Below are positions 50,788 to 62,471 of a stretch of 64,000 nucleotides of DNA, piece after piece. The translations under genes were made by a program, and so were the position numbers. This stretch comes from Lingula anatina. Taxonomy: Eukaryota; Animalia; Brachiopoda. The stretch is from contig CM120644.1 of assembly GCA_051362555.1 (NCBI GenBank), positions 318,954 through 382,953 on the forward strand, in the 5' to 3' direction. Positions within the stretch are counted from its first letter, which is position 1. Each line of letters starts with the position of its first letter. The notes below the pieces were generated by a model. The model saw nothing but the letters and a program-made list of their open reading frames with translations. It made no database searches and had not been told where the DNA came from.

Positions 50788-53700
50788 AGACCAGCCTCCA
50801 GAGAAACCTCTGTCTTCCTGGATTACAGGGAATAGAATAGACCACTTCCTGGAAACAACAGGTCGTCATGGCTACCAGGAAATCTGATGAATGGTACTGT
50901 CTTCAGCAGAGAGATAAAACAGAGACCAATTCACTGTGCAGTGAACTTAACACTCTCATTCAGCTAAGCTTCCCCTGTACAGTGTCTGTGTCTATGCATC
51001 GTAAGTTCAAGGATACAAATAGGTGAATGCAGAGAACTGAGGAGTATTAGAATGGAATTCTGCCTTATAATACAAAGTTTCCAACACCAGCAGTTCACAA
51101 TAAATAGTCCAACTTCCCTCAGGAGGCAGAGAGAATTGAAGAGAATCCCAATGCACAGATGCTCAAATCTCTTCAACATATACTAGTCATCCAAAAGACT
51201 ATATTACAAATAGTTCAAGTTTTCTGTAAATACAGACTATGACTGCAGACTTTGACTACAGACTATGACTACAGGCACCTGTATTACATCACTGCCTTCC
51301 TACCTACCTCTCTGCATCATAGAGTCACTTTTTATTTTTTAGTTATCTGTAAATACAGACTCTACCACCTACCTAACATGACACTTAACCTAATAATAAT
51401 ACCTATGTATGTCTTGTTTCAGACAAATAACTTATTTCTGTAAATACAGACTCTACCACCTACCTAACATGCTGACAGGATGACACTTGACCTAATAATA
51501 ATACCTATGTATGTCTTGTTTCAGACAAATAACTTATTTCTGTAAATACAGACTCTACCACCTACCTAACATACTGACAGGATGACACTTGACCTAATAA
51601 TAATACCTATGTATGTCTTGTTTCAGACAAATAACTTATTTCTCAGCATAGTTTCAATAAACTGCTGAAAAAATACACCACCTATTTATTAACAACTTTT
51701 GTCTGGCAAATGTGCTTCTTTCCTAGCTCTTGGAAAAATACCATGTGTATAATGACAGCCTATAAGAGACTGGCTGTGTCAAAGAAAATTCATGGAACTG
51801 AAACCATGATACACAGCTACAGGAACAAAGAGGTGCAGTCGCCTCCTGAACACATTCACTCCACCTACCTGGTGTCTTCTGCCGCACCAGGATGTCACTG
51901 ACAGCCAGCGTGTTACTGCTAGTTGTTGTTGCCATGGTGACGGCACTGCTCCTGGGGACTTCATCTGGTGGTGTGACTGCAAGGTATGGTAGAGTTATAT
52001 TGATTTTATAGAAATGTGGCTGCTACAGATTTCATCAAAGCTACGTGCACCCCAGCCACACAACAGCACTTCTGTTTTTTTTTTTTTTAAATATTTTTGA
52101 TCCAAAATCACCATAAGTTAATAAATACATCAACATTAAAAATATATATATATATATTCCAATTAATTTGAAAGACATTTTTCCTCTTGCTCAGAAAGTA
52201 TCACCCAAGATCCAAGGTGAAGGTCACATGCTGGTGTGAGACTGAGGCTGGGATTTAACATGATATCATGGTACAGTGACAACACTATTAATACACCATA
52301 CACTAATCTCTGCTAAACTATTTGTTAATAGAACTTTGTATCTTATTATTAACTGTAATTAATTGACCTCAGTATTCTACTTGATAAATATCTATTGCAT
52401 ATACCAGAGACCATCATACCAACCATGACTGCTGACTGTACACATACTGGTCTCAGTGTTATGACATCACCAAGTTTACTACATGTTACTATGGTAACAC
52501 AATTTTCACAACATTAATTTAGCAAAGAGTTAACATTGGTTATATGATCTGTGTTCCCTTTCAAGGAGTTACCATTGTGATAAGAACTACAGAGCATGTT
52601 GAAGGCTATTCTACTCTCATGCTTGCTATAAATAGTAAATAATTTATAACTAATTAATAATTATTTAAGTATTACACCTTAGTTATTCTGGAAAGTTTCT
52701 TTGCATGCTACAGTTGGTATATGGTCTAGTTATAAAATGTATTAGACCTTGGTTATTCTGGCGAGTTTCTAAGCATGCTACTGTCATATTGCTGTCTAAT
52801 AATTATCATCAAATACTTGATCATGGTTAGTTATATTAGCAAGTGAGGCTATTCATATATACTAGTATCATGTATGTGCTCTAAACATGCTGTGATAAAA
52901 GACAGACACCAGGAGGCGACACATGCAACATGGTAGATATGACATCTACAGGGTATGTCGGGGTGGGTGGGTGGGTGGGGGGGGGGGAGAGAGAGAGTGA
53001 AAACTTCCTGGCTTTGGTATTATATGACATCTGCAGGTATGTCAGGGAGATGGTAACTGTTACATCAACTTCCTGGTTCAGGTATATAATAACACCTGGT
53101 CATCATCTCTTTCACCTGTGTCCTCTGTCACAGAGGCCAGGATGAGGTACAGTTTAATAAACATGTCCCAGAACACTTCATTTGGATGTTATTCCAGAGT
53201 GACAACAGTAATCTACTCAGTGATGACCACAGGTTGTGAGGTTAGACTGTATCTCTACTGTGAAACTTGTTAACAGTGAGGTTCCATATTACATCTCTGA
53301 TTGGTTTATTTATTAGTATGATGTTAACATGCAGATCTACTATTAAAGGTTACTTTCCACAGGAGATCTAACAAGGTCAATAAAACATGGTCATCCATAA
53401 ATTGGTACTATTTACGATGGTCTCTGCCCTATCTATTTACTATTATCATACTATCTAAGGTGGTAGTAATAATATTAAAGTTTGGTTTTTGGTGCCGAGC
53501 ACAGTGGGAAGATAATGGGAGATTAAATAAAGAACTTGCAGACCATTTTACAGAGAAATTTCTAATTTGGAAATGGTGTACAGAAATTTTGCTACAAAAT
53601 GGCCTCATTATCTACATGTACGCTAAAATTAATATTTAAACTTGTACATATATCATCTAATTCGCATTAGTCTTGTTAGACTTGTTAATTGGTTATTGGT

Positions 53701-56700
53701 CCTTCTGGACCTGCTAATTTCTCACCAGGCATTTGAGTCCAGAATAAAGAATCTCTGAACATCCAGTCCATGTGATCTTGAAAGACAACAGTGCAAAAAC
53801 ACAATCACAACTAACACAATGTAAGTCATCAACTTCATCTCAACTAGCGCAATGGGTGGCAGTCACAGCAGGTGCTGGTTTAGTATTAATAATACAGTAA
53901 CACAACATGATGAACAGGGTGGTGGATGCTGATGTTTTGTTGATGTAAAGTGAATTTGGAGTGATTTTGGTGTTTGGACAGACTTTAATACAAAACAAAA
54001 ATAAATAAATAAAATAATTAAAAGGCAAAAGGGTGGAATGATCACTGTGAGCATTGCTGGTGCAGAGAAATGGTATAACTTATCGAGTTTTTTAAATCTA
54101 CAAAAACAATCCTCTCTGCAACTTAGCTGACATTTTGCACATGCAGTACAGTACTAAATACCATAGCATCACTTCAGAACTATAGATGGAGCCAGTGTCT
54201 TGTCTCATGTCATGGTAGAATTGATTTCAGCTTGTAAAACTGCCTAAAGCTCAGCTCTACCTATTTCCTTGCTTTCCTTTTGTCATAACAAACTTAAACC
54301 CAGCCCAACATTGAAATACCTGCTTAGTTTTAACCAACAGATGATAAAAAACCTTTTTTCCCATTCAGCACTACCTTCAGAGACAGACTAGTATTAATTA
54401 CTATGTAATCATCAGTTTATAAAATCATGTGAAACATCACCATGACTCTATTTCTCATCCTCTCTTTTGCATATTAGTGTCAATCAACATACAATTTGCA
54501 TATGGTGTTCTACTGGGTTGATTTCTATTGTAATCACTAGATTTTCCACATGGAAATCTGTGTGTGTGTGAACACTGTGCAGAGAACCAACCTGTTAGTG
54601 TGGTGCCAGTGGTGCTGACAGTGCCAGTCTTGACAGGGTGGGCGTGGCCAGCACTGGGGTGGGTGGAGACTGGGCGGGGTATGAAGGAGGAATGAGGCTC
54701 TGAGGGTGTGGCCAGAGAGTGTGGGCGGGGCTTCAAACCTCTGACAGCCAATCGTGGAGAGACCAGGCCTATACTGACAGCATCATGGGGTTTGTCTTGA
54801 TTTGATTGGAGTTCCCTGATCATGTGACTGTCCCCACTGGCAGACATGGACTCACTTCTCCTCAGTCCCTTCCCAGTCTTAGACTTTGTTATCATATCTT
54901 TCTTTTTCATGGCAGGGATTTTGGAGTTTTCAGCTTTACCCTTTTCGCCAGAAACAGATTCTAAATTGCTTTCTTCCTTCCCAGTTGTTCTAGCATTTTT
55001 TTCTTCATTATTCTTCAAAGCTTTCTCTTTTTCTTTTCTCTTTGGCTCTGGTGTTTTTGAAATGCTTTGAGAATCTTTTTTCGCTGTTTGTAATTGTTTG
55101 TTAACTTCAACAATAAAAGTTTTCTGTCCCACTTTTCTAGGGTCATATTGTCCAGAAACCCGGGCACCTGTCTCAGTCTTAGTCTTATTAGAATCACTGC
55201 CTTTTTGACTCTGTCCTACTTTCTTCTCCTTTGGCAGGTCTTTCTGCTTGGTGAAAACACCATTTTGTTCCCCACTCTTAGTGCTTTGTCTGCCCTTCCC
55301 CATGGTAATCAGTACTTTCTGCTGATTCATTTCACCAGGAGGGTTCCCCTTCAACCCCCTGCCTATCCCTTTCCCTGGGACTTTGTTCCCCTCTGGTCTC
55401 CCTTTTACTTTTGACACACTGCCCTTCTGTTGACTGTTTCTACCCTGAAGTGGCCCCTCCATGCCTGAGCCATGACTAGAACTGTTGGTGATAGACTTTG
55501 AGGTATGCCCAGAGACAGGCTCATATACTGGGATACGGGATGGAGAAAGTGGGATATCAGTCTGAAGTGGGAAACCAGACTGGGATTGTGGGGAACCAGT
55601 CTGAGATGTGAAACCAGTCTGATATACTGGGGAGGTTGGGGGTCTTTTGGTACCTGTTGAGCTACTATAGCTGGCAGGTGTCCTGGTATCCTGTTCTGAG
55701 ACCAGGGTTCTGGCATTTAAAGCACGGCTGACAGAATTGTTCTTTGGGACAACAGTTGAGCTAGAAGTGGTGGTGGTAGAGGTGGGTAGTGGGCCACTTC
55801 CAGGGGTATTGGGGTGAGGGGTGCTGGCAGTGACAGTTTGAGGGATACTGGGCTGGGCAGAACTGGCAGAGGTGCTGGCATAGCGGGCTAGGAGTCCAGC
55901 AGTCTTAGTGTGCTGTGCAAGTGGAGAAGCATGCATTTCTTTGGGTGAATCTGAAAGTGCAAACAAAGCATGCAACATGCAAACATGCATTACGACTGCC
56001 TGTGAACACATGAACTTCTCACAGAGGATTGTTCAGACTATGGCTGAGATGGACCGAATTTTAGTCTTAGTCACGTCATCAGATGACAAGATCTGACAGG
56101 AATTTCAACACCTAAAGTCTCTCTGCTATTTGGTTTAGATCCTTTAATGATCTCTTTTAGTCAAAATGTTTGTCTGTAATGGTTCCAGTATGAGAGTGCC
56201 TAAAGAGGTCAGACAGTTCTAAAACACCCAGTCACCTGTGTCAATATAGTTTCATAGAGGTGGTTTCTGATCCCTCAGTCCTTTCAAGTCCGTGTGTTCA
56301 CAGGGCAGCATCTATTACTATACAGACATTGATATCTCAAACAACTTGGAACAAATAATTTCATTAGAAAATGAAACATTTTAACAGAAGGAACACAGCC
56401 AAGCTTTGAGGCTGCAAAACTGTACAATTTCCATTTTTTTTTTTTTTTAAAGATAAGGTCACTAACAGGGTGTAAAAAGCAAAATTTTCAAAACAAAGGA
56501 ATTTAGTAAACAGTTCCATTTTGTTTTTATCATAAATTTCAAGTAAACAACGTGCACGTTATTCTAGCACTTCACAGACAGTTATACAATTTCTCAAGTC
56601 AGTAACTTTATTTTATATTAACCAATCACCATACTACAAAACATCTGTTTCAGTTAATGCTGAAATTCATTGAAATGTTTTTCTTTTTTCATATTTTTGA

Positions 56701-59700
56701 AAGAAATGTCAAAGGTTTAAAAACACAGCACAACACAATCAGAGGTTAGTTCTAGGAAAATGCTGAACTGAAACCACATATTTTGTCAGTTTTACTGCAA
56801 AGAGAAAGCCAAAATAATAAAGATATCAAATTAATAATTCTCAAATTTCTAAAAAAAAAATTTTTTTGGGGGAAAAAAAAACCCCTAGAAAGTACAAGTT
56901 ATGTTAACAGCAAAAAAAACCCAGACAAACACAAAAAGCACAGAGAAGATAGCACATAGAAGAATCAGAGAAAACATCTTCCACCCACACAGCTACATAA
57001 CAAGGTGCAATACAAAATAACAACACTATAGCTGTGTTTGTGTAGCTTTGTCAAAGTTCATCCGAGCTTGGTCCTATCTAAAGTTTACATTAACGAAGAG
57101 TTTCCATATCTACATAATTTATTCTTTTCATTTCTTGTCCAATTTATTTTTTCATCATATGTAGGATAAAGCACTGACATATTTTTTTGATTTTATCCAA
57201 GCCTAAAACACAAGTGACAAATGAGGTTCAACTGCAGCAAAATCTTGCACTTAAAGTTCATAAAACTTCCATTCTAGCGCACTGCCACTGATCCATCTCA
57301 AGTCAAAGTAGACTAAATTTTAGGTCTAAAAGCTTAGAATAAAATTTCTGGTCTAAAATACTGAGCTTCCAACAGCAAGGTGCCCCTCACCACAAAGCAG
57401 CAGGCCAGCCGTGGGCCTCTGCCTCTATGTATGGTGTTGTATCTGGTAGCTGGAGATAACTGAGACCACAGAGGGAGAAAGGTTGGACACATTTCCTACA
57501 GGAGGCAGCCTCTGATAGCAGCATTCTACTAGTGGCAACCTGCATTCCTCACAGGTCAATACTTCCCAAGGTGGCGCCACGCGTTAGAGGAGTTCCATCC
57601 CAGGCCAAGACAAGCCATTTAGCTCCTGGAATGATTCATGTTGGCAAGCGGCATACCTGAGAGAGCAACAGATGTTCACACATTTCAAACTCAAACAGTC
57701 TGCTCTCTGTTCTGAGCCACGGCCAAGATCAGGAACATGTTGCCATATGGAGCTGATTTCATGACCCAGTGTATGGGACTCTGCCGTAATACAGAGAACA
57801 TTTCTTCTCTTTCTCTTTGGCATTTTTCCCCAGTCTAGTATCCTTAAACCACTGACATGAAAACAAAACTGGACCCTTGTGAAATGGGCAAAATGTACAC
57901 CAAGGGAAAATAAATACTACTGAGGGAGCCACTAGGCAGTCATGTGCCAAGATGGGCCATACACTTTTGTGAAGTAACAGATTGCATTCCTGGCAGGTCA
58001 CCACTTGTTTGCAACTCTCCAACTCCACCAGCAATATAACCTGCTTTGCTTGTAGTACAGCATTGATAATAGGGTATATGTGAGATAATACACTGTCACC
58101 CGAGCGATATATGCCATAACACCTCGAGCATCATCCAGTGACAAACCACACACACACACACACACACACGCACATACACAGTGGTATATCAAGCATCAGC
58201 ATATAATGTAGAAATTGGGTCTACATTATATGTGGTAATTTAGGCTCATTTGATTATATTATTCCTGTATTCTTGTAAGTTTAAAAAAACCTCCCTGAGG
58301 TGACTCTGACACAAAATGCATCTACCTGAAGGCAGGTAGGGATTTCAATACAAACAGGTGCTACTAGAGAGATGCTACAGTATAGGAAGCAGAGAGAACA
58401 CCACACAAAGGTCTACATATATATATAATATATATATATAATGATAGTTTATATGGTAATAATATGAGCTGCTAGCCTAGTAGTATATCACTCCAAGCCA
58501 CACTAACCATCATGCGGGGGGCGGGAACGCCAGGGCAAGCTGCGGGTACGCTGAAACTGACCTTGGAAGAAAATATGGAACAATTATTGTCATTGGTCAT
58601 ATATCGGGTGGTTATGGAACAATTATTGTCATTGGTCAGGAAATTATGTGGTTATGTAGTTTGTAAATTAATGTGTTACTGTTTTTAGTTTTTTTTCCTG
58701 TGTAAGGTTAAATGAAATATTGATCTCTGTGTAAATCTTGTGTGTTTTGTTGACAAACAAAAATATTTTGTTTCTTATTGAGTGTCAGCTGTTTGTGTTT
58801 TGAAGGTAAGATTCTACAAATTCCAACTAAATGGTTCAAAGAAAAGCTCATTTGGGCAAAAAATATCCACACTGGCACTGGTAGCAACACAATTATACAG
58901 TAAAAAATAAAACGATACATGAAGAAATCCACATTAAAAGCACCATGCTAGACTATTTGTCCCATTACATCAAGTTCTAAATAAATTGTTACTTGATAAA
59001 CAAATATTTTCAACTATTCCTTAACCATGTTATGCAAATACAATTGGCCACACAAATAATACAAAGCTGAAATCTGTGACAACTAGATACTTGCTATTTA
59101 CACTGAAGTTTAATTTCTAACCCTCATGAGTTGAGATTAAACTAGAATTACTTCTGTTAATAGACTGAATGACTTTTGTTTGTCTCATATATTTTATTCT
59201 TCACAGTACTCTATGATAAACATACATATATGATTTGTTTTTTTAGTATTATAAACAACAAAATATGAAAATATAAACAACCAAATTCTAAATGAGTATA
59301 GATGTCCATGCAATGTAACCCACACAAAAACAATTTTGAATGCAACTTACTTTTTATCTGTCCTGAATTGATGGCACTTAGGTAAGATGGCTGCCTGCGG
59401 CAGGCGTTATCACTTCGGTTCTTCTCGCTAAGTGAGGAATCCTCGCTGAAACTCGACCTGGTGCTGCTGGCCTCAGACGAAGACGGGAAGAATTCCCGCC
59501 ATGATATATCACTGTCAGGTGACTGCTGGCGCACAGAAGGCGGCAGATCTGATTGGCTGTATTTGCGGTCTGGTACAGGGGGCGCTCTTCCTCCACTGGC
59601 ACCAGGACTGGAGCCGCGCACATTCAAATAGCGACCATCCTGGCGAGACTGGAGAGCGTCCTGCTGAGCAAAGATATTGTCAGAGAAAAGCCGCGCCCGT

Positions 59701-62471
59701 GCTTCCTTTACAGATAGCTTCATGTGGGCATCGCGGGCTGATGACTTGGGGTAACTGGTGGTCTCTTGTTGGGCCTCTCCTGGAGGAAGCTCCACCTGGC
59801 TTTGTTCAGCTAATGTCTTATAACTAGGACTCAGTTGTGAATCCTTCTCTGCTAAGTGTGTAATATATTCCTTATATCCAATTGGCACATGACTACGAAA
59901 GTAAAAACTAGATCCACCAGTAGAGGGTGCTGTGTTGCTCCGCTCCACTGGCAGTGCGCTGGGTTTGTTGTGTGTGACAGCAGTAGAACTCCTAGGGGGC
60001 CCTGTAGTAGACACAGGCACCGTCCTGGTAGCAGCAGTAGAGGACACGGAGACAGTTTTGGGGGCGTAGGTTATCCCCACCTCTGGTCCCCAGGAAGCAC
60101 TGGAGAAAGAAATTCCTATCTCAGCCCCGCGGGATGTCGGGGGAGCAGTTATCGTAATTCCAATACTCCTATGTGGCGGTTCTGTAGTTTGAGATGTAGG
60201 TGGCGCTCTGAGCACTGACGATGACTGTCCGAGTCTCTGTGTAGCGGTCACTTCTGCTGGTCGTCCAGATACAGGTATCCGGAGCCCCTGCGGCTGTCTG
60301 GGCTGAGGTTGTTGTACTGACGTTTTGTCAGGCATACTATATGTCTTACCAAGCTCCATATACTGCTTGGCTGCAGAAGCTGCAGTTGAGCTAGCTGCTG
60401 CGGGATAAGGTGGTTTCTCAGTCTCATGACTCCTGTAATGTTGTATACTTGACACAATTTTGCTAGCCGCTGCCTGTTTTAACATGTGACTAGTGCCGCC
60501 ATCTGGTGTCTGGTCACGGTCAACAGATCTCAAAGGAATTTGACCCCCTGACATAGATGTCTGCGGCTGTACGGGGACTCCATGTTGTCTCACACTTACT
60601 TTAGAACCAGGTTTAGAGACAGGTTCCTGAGCAGCGTCCTCCTCAGCGTCTATGAACTCAATGCTATCCCCCTTGGTCAGCCGAGGCCTGGGTTTGCCAC
60701 CAGAGCCTGAACTCTCTGTAGAATCTGACCTTTGACCTTCAAATTTGGCAGTGCGTGAAGAAACACTAGCAATACAACCTTTGTTGGCCATTCGTTCTAT
60801 TTCTTTTTTATACACATACTCCTTGAAGTTTAGTTCCTTATCCTTAGTCTCCTTGTTAAGGTCTGTGCCAACATCCTCTTTTTGCTCAAAACTATTTCGC
60901 TCAAAGAACTGTGCTTTCTGTGACACAATTTTTGGACTTATCACAGCGAGGTCATCCCCTGAGTTAGTTTTAGAATCTCCCATGTCAAGGTCATCAGAAT
61001 CATGAATACTATCAGAGCGTAACAGTTTCTGGAGCTCTGGAGCTTTAGTTACTTGAGAAAAGTCTGTGCTAGGTTCTCGCGGAGGGTTCACTTTTTCTTG
61101 TATCCTGGTGAGAGCTCGTCGCTGATATGGACGATTCCCACTTCGACTATGCTGACCTTTGACCTCCCTTTGGGAGCTAGAATCTGTAGAGTCAATGCTG
61201 GGCTTGTCTTGGGGAAATGACCCGCTTATTGAAGTGTCTCCACCTACAGTGCTGCCATGTGTTGCTTTGGGTAAGTCTGTACGCACAGTGGGTGCGTAGG
61301 TATGTCCAAACTCTGTCTGAGGTACAGAGAAGCCAGTATGGCCGCCAGGACCTCCAAGAACTGAGGTAGTGAAAGACTTTTTGTATCTACTTTGTACTCT
61401 ATGTCCGCGAGGTTCAGGTGCATCGGACCCCACTGAACTTTCTCGCGTGGACACATTGTCTCTTTGATTTTGCACACTGGACAGTTGTTCAACCTGCGGA
61501 GATCTCGCACGATAGCCACCAGGGCGAGAACGTGAAAGATTTTCATTGGATAAACTAACATTTTCCTGCTGCATTAAATTGTCCTGTGACCTACGTGCTC
61601 CCCCGCTGTCACTGGAGCGACTGGAGCGCCCCAAACTCTCCATGCTGCCCCCATGTCGTGTCAAGCTTGATCCAGGCACCAAGAGCACCTGGGGACTTGT
61701 ACGCAGAGGCGCAGTAATGCCGCCATTGTACATTCTTCTCTCCATTTCAAAAGAGTCACTTTGATTGCCACCAGATGGAGACACAGTAGGATACTTAGAT
61801 CCTGGTGGTGAGTATGTACTAAAGTCAGAGCGAGGTTCGCGTCCAAGACTAAAGCCTGAACTAGAGCTACTTAGACTTGTTGTTGAGTTCCTACTTTCCC
61901 CTGAGAATGAAGTATTGGCAGTTCCAATTGGCTGAGGTGGTTTATGTTTACTATATGTCACAGACACGCCAACAGAAGTATCAGACACTCTGCCTGGTTG
62001 CTGTGGCAACGAACCTCGACTTTGCAAGGTCACTGCTGACTTCTGTCTTTGCTGATGTTGTAATGAACTGTTACTGTCAGTATACTGTCTTTGTTGTTGT
62101 TGCTGCTGCAGTGTGCTGTCACTGTATTGTCTATGTTGCTGTAAGGAGGCAGTGTTGTCTCCGTATATGCGGTAAGGATGTAAAGAGCTGCTAGTCTCGC
62201 TGTATGGTTTCTCTGCCCTCACCTCCCCGCGCTGGTGACTGCCACCAAATACTGAACTTGTCTCTTGTCGTTCACTGCCGGGCACATAGTGCTGCTGTTG
62301 TTGTAACTGTTGCTGTTTATTGCTGCTGATTACTGCCTGCTGCTTGCTGCTGCCATGTTGTGGAGGCGGGGCGTAGTCATGGAGACGGGAGGGAGGGGGA
62401 GGGGAAGGGATTTGACTGGCGTTGCCATGGAAAGTTTCTTGACCCTGGTTATAGGCAGATGTCTGGTAGGC
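27609..62471 (-). CDS. ARHGAP21: Rho GTPase-activating protein, ARHGAP21/23 (RhoGAP19D)-like; 5' exons (expected PDZ domain) lie beyond the window
   Basis: Frame-continuous GT-AG exon chain encoding a PH domain and a RhoGAP domain with the arginine finger GIYRVPG, plus [11 protein letters not shown] and [12 protein letters not shown]; post-[13 protein letters not shown]. About 2,880 codons in-window if all cassette exons are included. An invertebrate gene cannot be assigned to ARHGAP21 versus ARHGAP23. Confidence 0.9.
30743..31023. mobile_element. Palindromic MITE
   Basis: CCCCTGCAAAAAT...TTCACTTACGGTT vs AACCGTAAGTGAA...ATTTTTGCAGGGG. Confidence 0.75.
33184..33443. repeat. 53-55-bp tandem repeat, ~4.7 copies
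   Basis: CATGCCAGGCACCAAGGACAGAGAGA(GA)TATATCTCAGTGCAGTATGGTAC. Confidence 0.95.
33505..33680 (-). CDS. ARHGAP21: Candidate alternative exon with two acceptors (33680, terminating; 33570, in-frame 66 nt)
   Basis: Acceptors CTCCACTCAG and TCTCTTTCAG share the donor TAG|GTACAG; both are phase-1 compatible. Confidence 0.45.
35523..35649 (-). CDS. ARHGAP21: RhoGAP exon (NQWMF..., end of GAP domain)
   Basis: TTCCAG acceptor and G|GTGGGT donor. Confidence 0.9.
35983..36108 (-). CDS. ARHGAP21: RhoGAP exon ([16 protein letters not shown])
   Basis: TTGCAG acceptor and CAT|GTAAGT donor. Confidence 0.95.
36331..36494 (-). CDS. ARHGAP21: RhoGAP exon ([10 protein letters not shown]...LAQHLKKVA...NK)
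   Basis: GACAG acceptor and AAG|GTGATG donor. Confidence 0.93.
36788..36890 (-). CDS. ARHGAP21: RhoGAP exon ([18 protein letters not shown])
   Basis: TTCCAG acceptor and G|GTAAGC donor. Confidence 0.95.
37204..37329 (-). CDS. ARHGAP21: RhoGAP exon with arginine finger ([13 protein letters not shown])
   Basis: TTCCAG acceptor and AAG|GTACAG donor. Confidence 0.95.
37357..37528. repeat. (GA)n microsatellite region (others: 10286-10354 GT/GA, 11342-11396 CT, 11647-11694 AT, 44100-44392 GT)
   Basis: Read directly from the sequence. Confidence 0.95.
37721..37887 (-). CDS. ARHGAP21: RhoGAP exon (...[11 protein letters not shown])
   Basis: TTTACAG acceptor and GAG|GTCAGT donor. Confidence 0.92.
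38228..38399 (-). CDS. ARHGAP21: RhoGAP exon (PH-GAP linker)
   Basis: CCCACAG acceptor and G|GTGGGG donor. Confidence 0.85.
39544..39738 (-). CDS. ARHGAP21: RhoGAP exon, PH domain ([16 protein letters not shown]...YLFQ...MMDWI)
   Basis: TTCTAG acceptor and GTAAGA donor; 195 nt. Confidence 0.93.
39996..40082 (-). CDS. ARHGAP21: RhoGAP exon, PH domain ([24 protein letters not shown])
   Basis: TTGTAG acceptor and GTGAGC donor; 87 nt. Confidence 0.92.
40343..40514 (-). CDS. ARHGAP21: RhoGAP exon ([10 protein letters not shown]..., start of PH domain VREGIL)
   Basis: CCACAG acceptor and AAG|GTCAGT donor. Confidence 0.9.
40524..40712. repeat. 47-bp tandem repeat, 4 copies, next to a splice acceptor
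   Basis: ATATTGGGAGGAAAATATCACCGTTATACCAACTGATTGTGACAGAA. Confidence 0.92.
41124..41740. mobile_element. Non-autonomous TIR transposon (hAT-like CAGG termini, 6-bp TSD)
   Basis: Perfect 13-bp TIR CAGGCATGAGATT / AATCTCATGCCTG; AGTCTA on both flanks; CpG-rich. Confidence 0.88.
41787..41892 (-). CDS. ARHGAP21: RhoGAP exon ([18 protein letters not shown]...)
   Basis: TTTCCAG acceptor and AG|GTGAGT donor; phase 1-2. Confidence 0.85.
42032..42288. repeat. 63-bp tandem repeat, 4 identical copies
   Basis: CAAACCTGTCAGCTGATGTAGTCATCTATCTTGTCTACATAGATATTTGTAGTCTAATGAAAT. Confidence 0.97.
43595..43640 (-). CDS. Candidate alternative first exon ([15 protein letters not shown])
   Basis: ACCATG start context; G|GTGAGA donor in phase 1. 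Confidence 0.3.
45113..46317. repeat. 76-bp minisatellite, ~16 copies
   Basis: ATGGCACACACTGACGTGTTCACACTTGACATAGGACGGACATTTCCTGACCTGTTATATTTCAATGTACTACAAT; unit starts at 45124 and 46264 are 15 x 76 apart. Confidence 0.97.
46585..46798. mobile_element. Harbinger-like MITE related to family A
   Basis: GGGAGCATTCCCA...TGGGAATGGGGTC with TAA TSD. Confidence 0.65.
47152..47365 (-). CDS. Candidate alternative (first) exon with an acidic tract
   Basis: ATG 47365; MDLAKMSL...[26 protein letters not shown]...LE; G|GTAGTG donor in phase 1, compatible with the 41892 acceptor. Confidence 0.4.
48106..48863. repeat. 45-bp minisatellite, ~17 copies
   Basis: GAATACAGGACTGGACAAATGTTTGGGCACAATAGAAATATCTTT. 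Confidence 0.97.
49243..49418. mobile_element. Palindromic MITE (partial copy at ~6585-6626)
   Basis: GGCCCTGTTCAGAATAAGGGATTAAC...GTTAGTCCCCTATTCTGAATGGGGCC, ~55-bp arms. Confidence 0.75.
49596..49604 (-). CDS. ARHGAP21: Candidate 9-nt microexon
   Basis: TTATTTCACCATCCAG|GCACAACTG|GTAAGG; phase 1-1; four TGCATG motifs upstream. Confidence 0.4.
51346..51642. repeat. ~103-bp tandem repeat, ~3 copies
   Basis: CTGTAAATACAGACTCTACCACCTACCTAACAT...CAGACAAATAACTTATTT. Confidence 0.92.
51869..51976 (-). CDS. ARHGAP21: RhoGAP exon ([10 protein letters not shown]...ILVRQKTP)
   Basis: CCTTGCAG acceptor and G|GTAGGT donor; 108 nt, phase 1-1, open. Confidence 0.7.
54592..55950 (-). CDS. ARHGAP21: RhoGAP large cassette exon (1359 bp, 453 codons)
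   Basis: CTTTCAG acceptor and G|GTTGGT donor; phase 1-1, fully open. Confidence 0.75.
58508..58561 (-). CDS. ARHGAP21: Candidate 54-nt cassette exon ([18 protein letters not shown])
   Basis: TTTTCTTCCAAG acceptor and G|GTTAGT donor; phase 1-1, open; CpG-rich island in a CpG-poor intron. Confidence 0.55.
59351..62471 (-). CDS. ARHGAP21: RhoGAP giant exon (3121 bp, Ser/Gln/Pro-rich, disordered)
   Basis: TTCCAG acceptor (phase 0, AYQTSAY) and A|GTAAGT donor; 1040 open codons. Confidence 0.88.

Noticed and set aside
53844-53873. Possible small RhoGAP exon ([10 protein letters not shown])
   Set aside because: Weak acceptor context and a poor GTTGAG donor.
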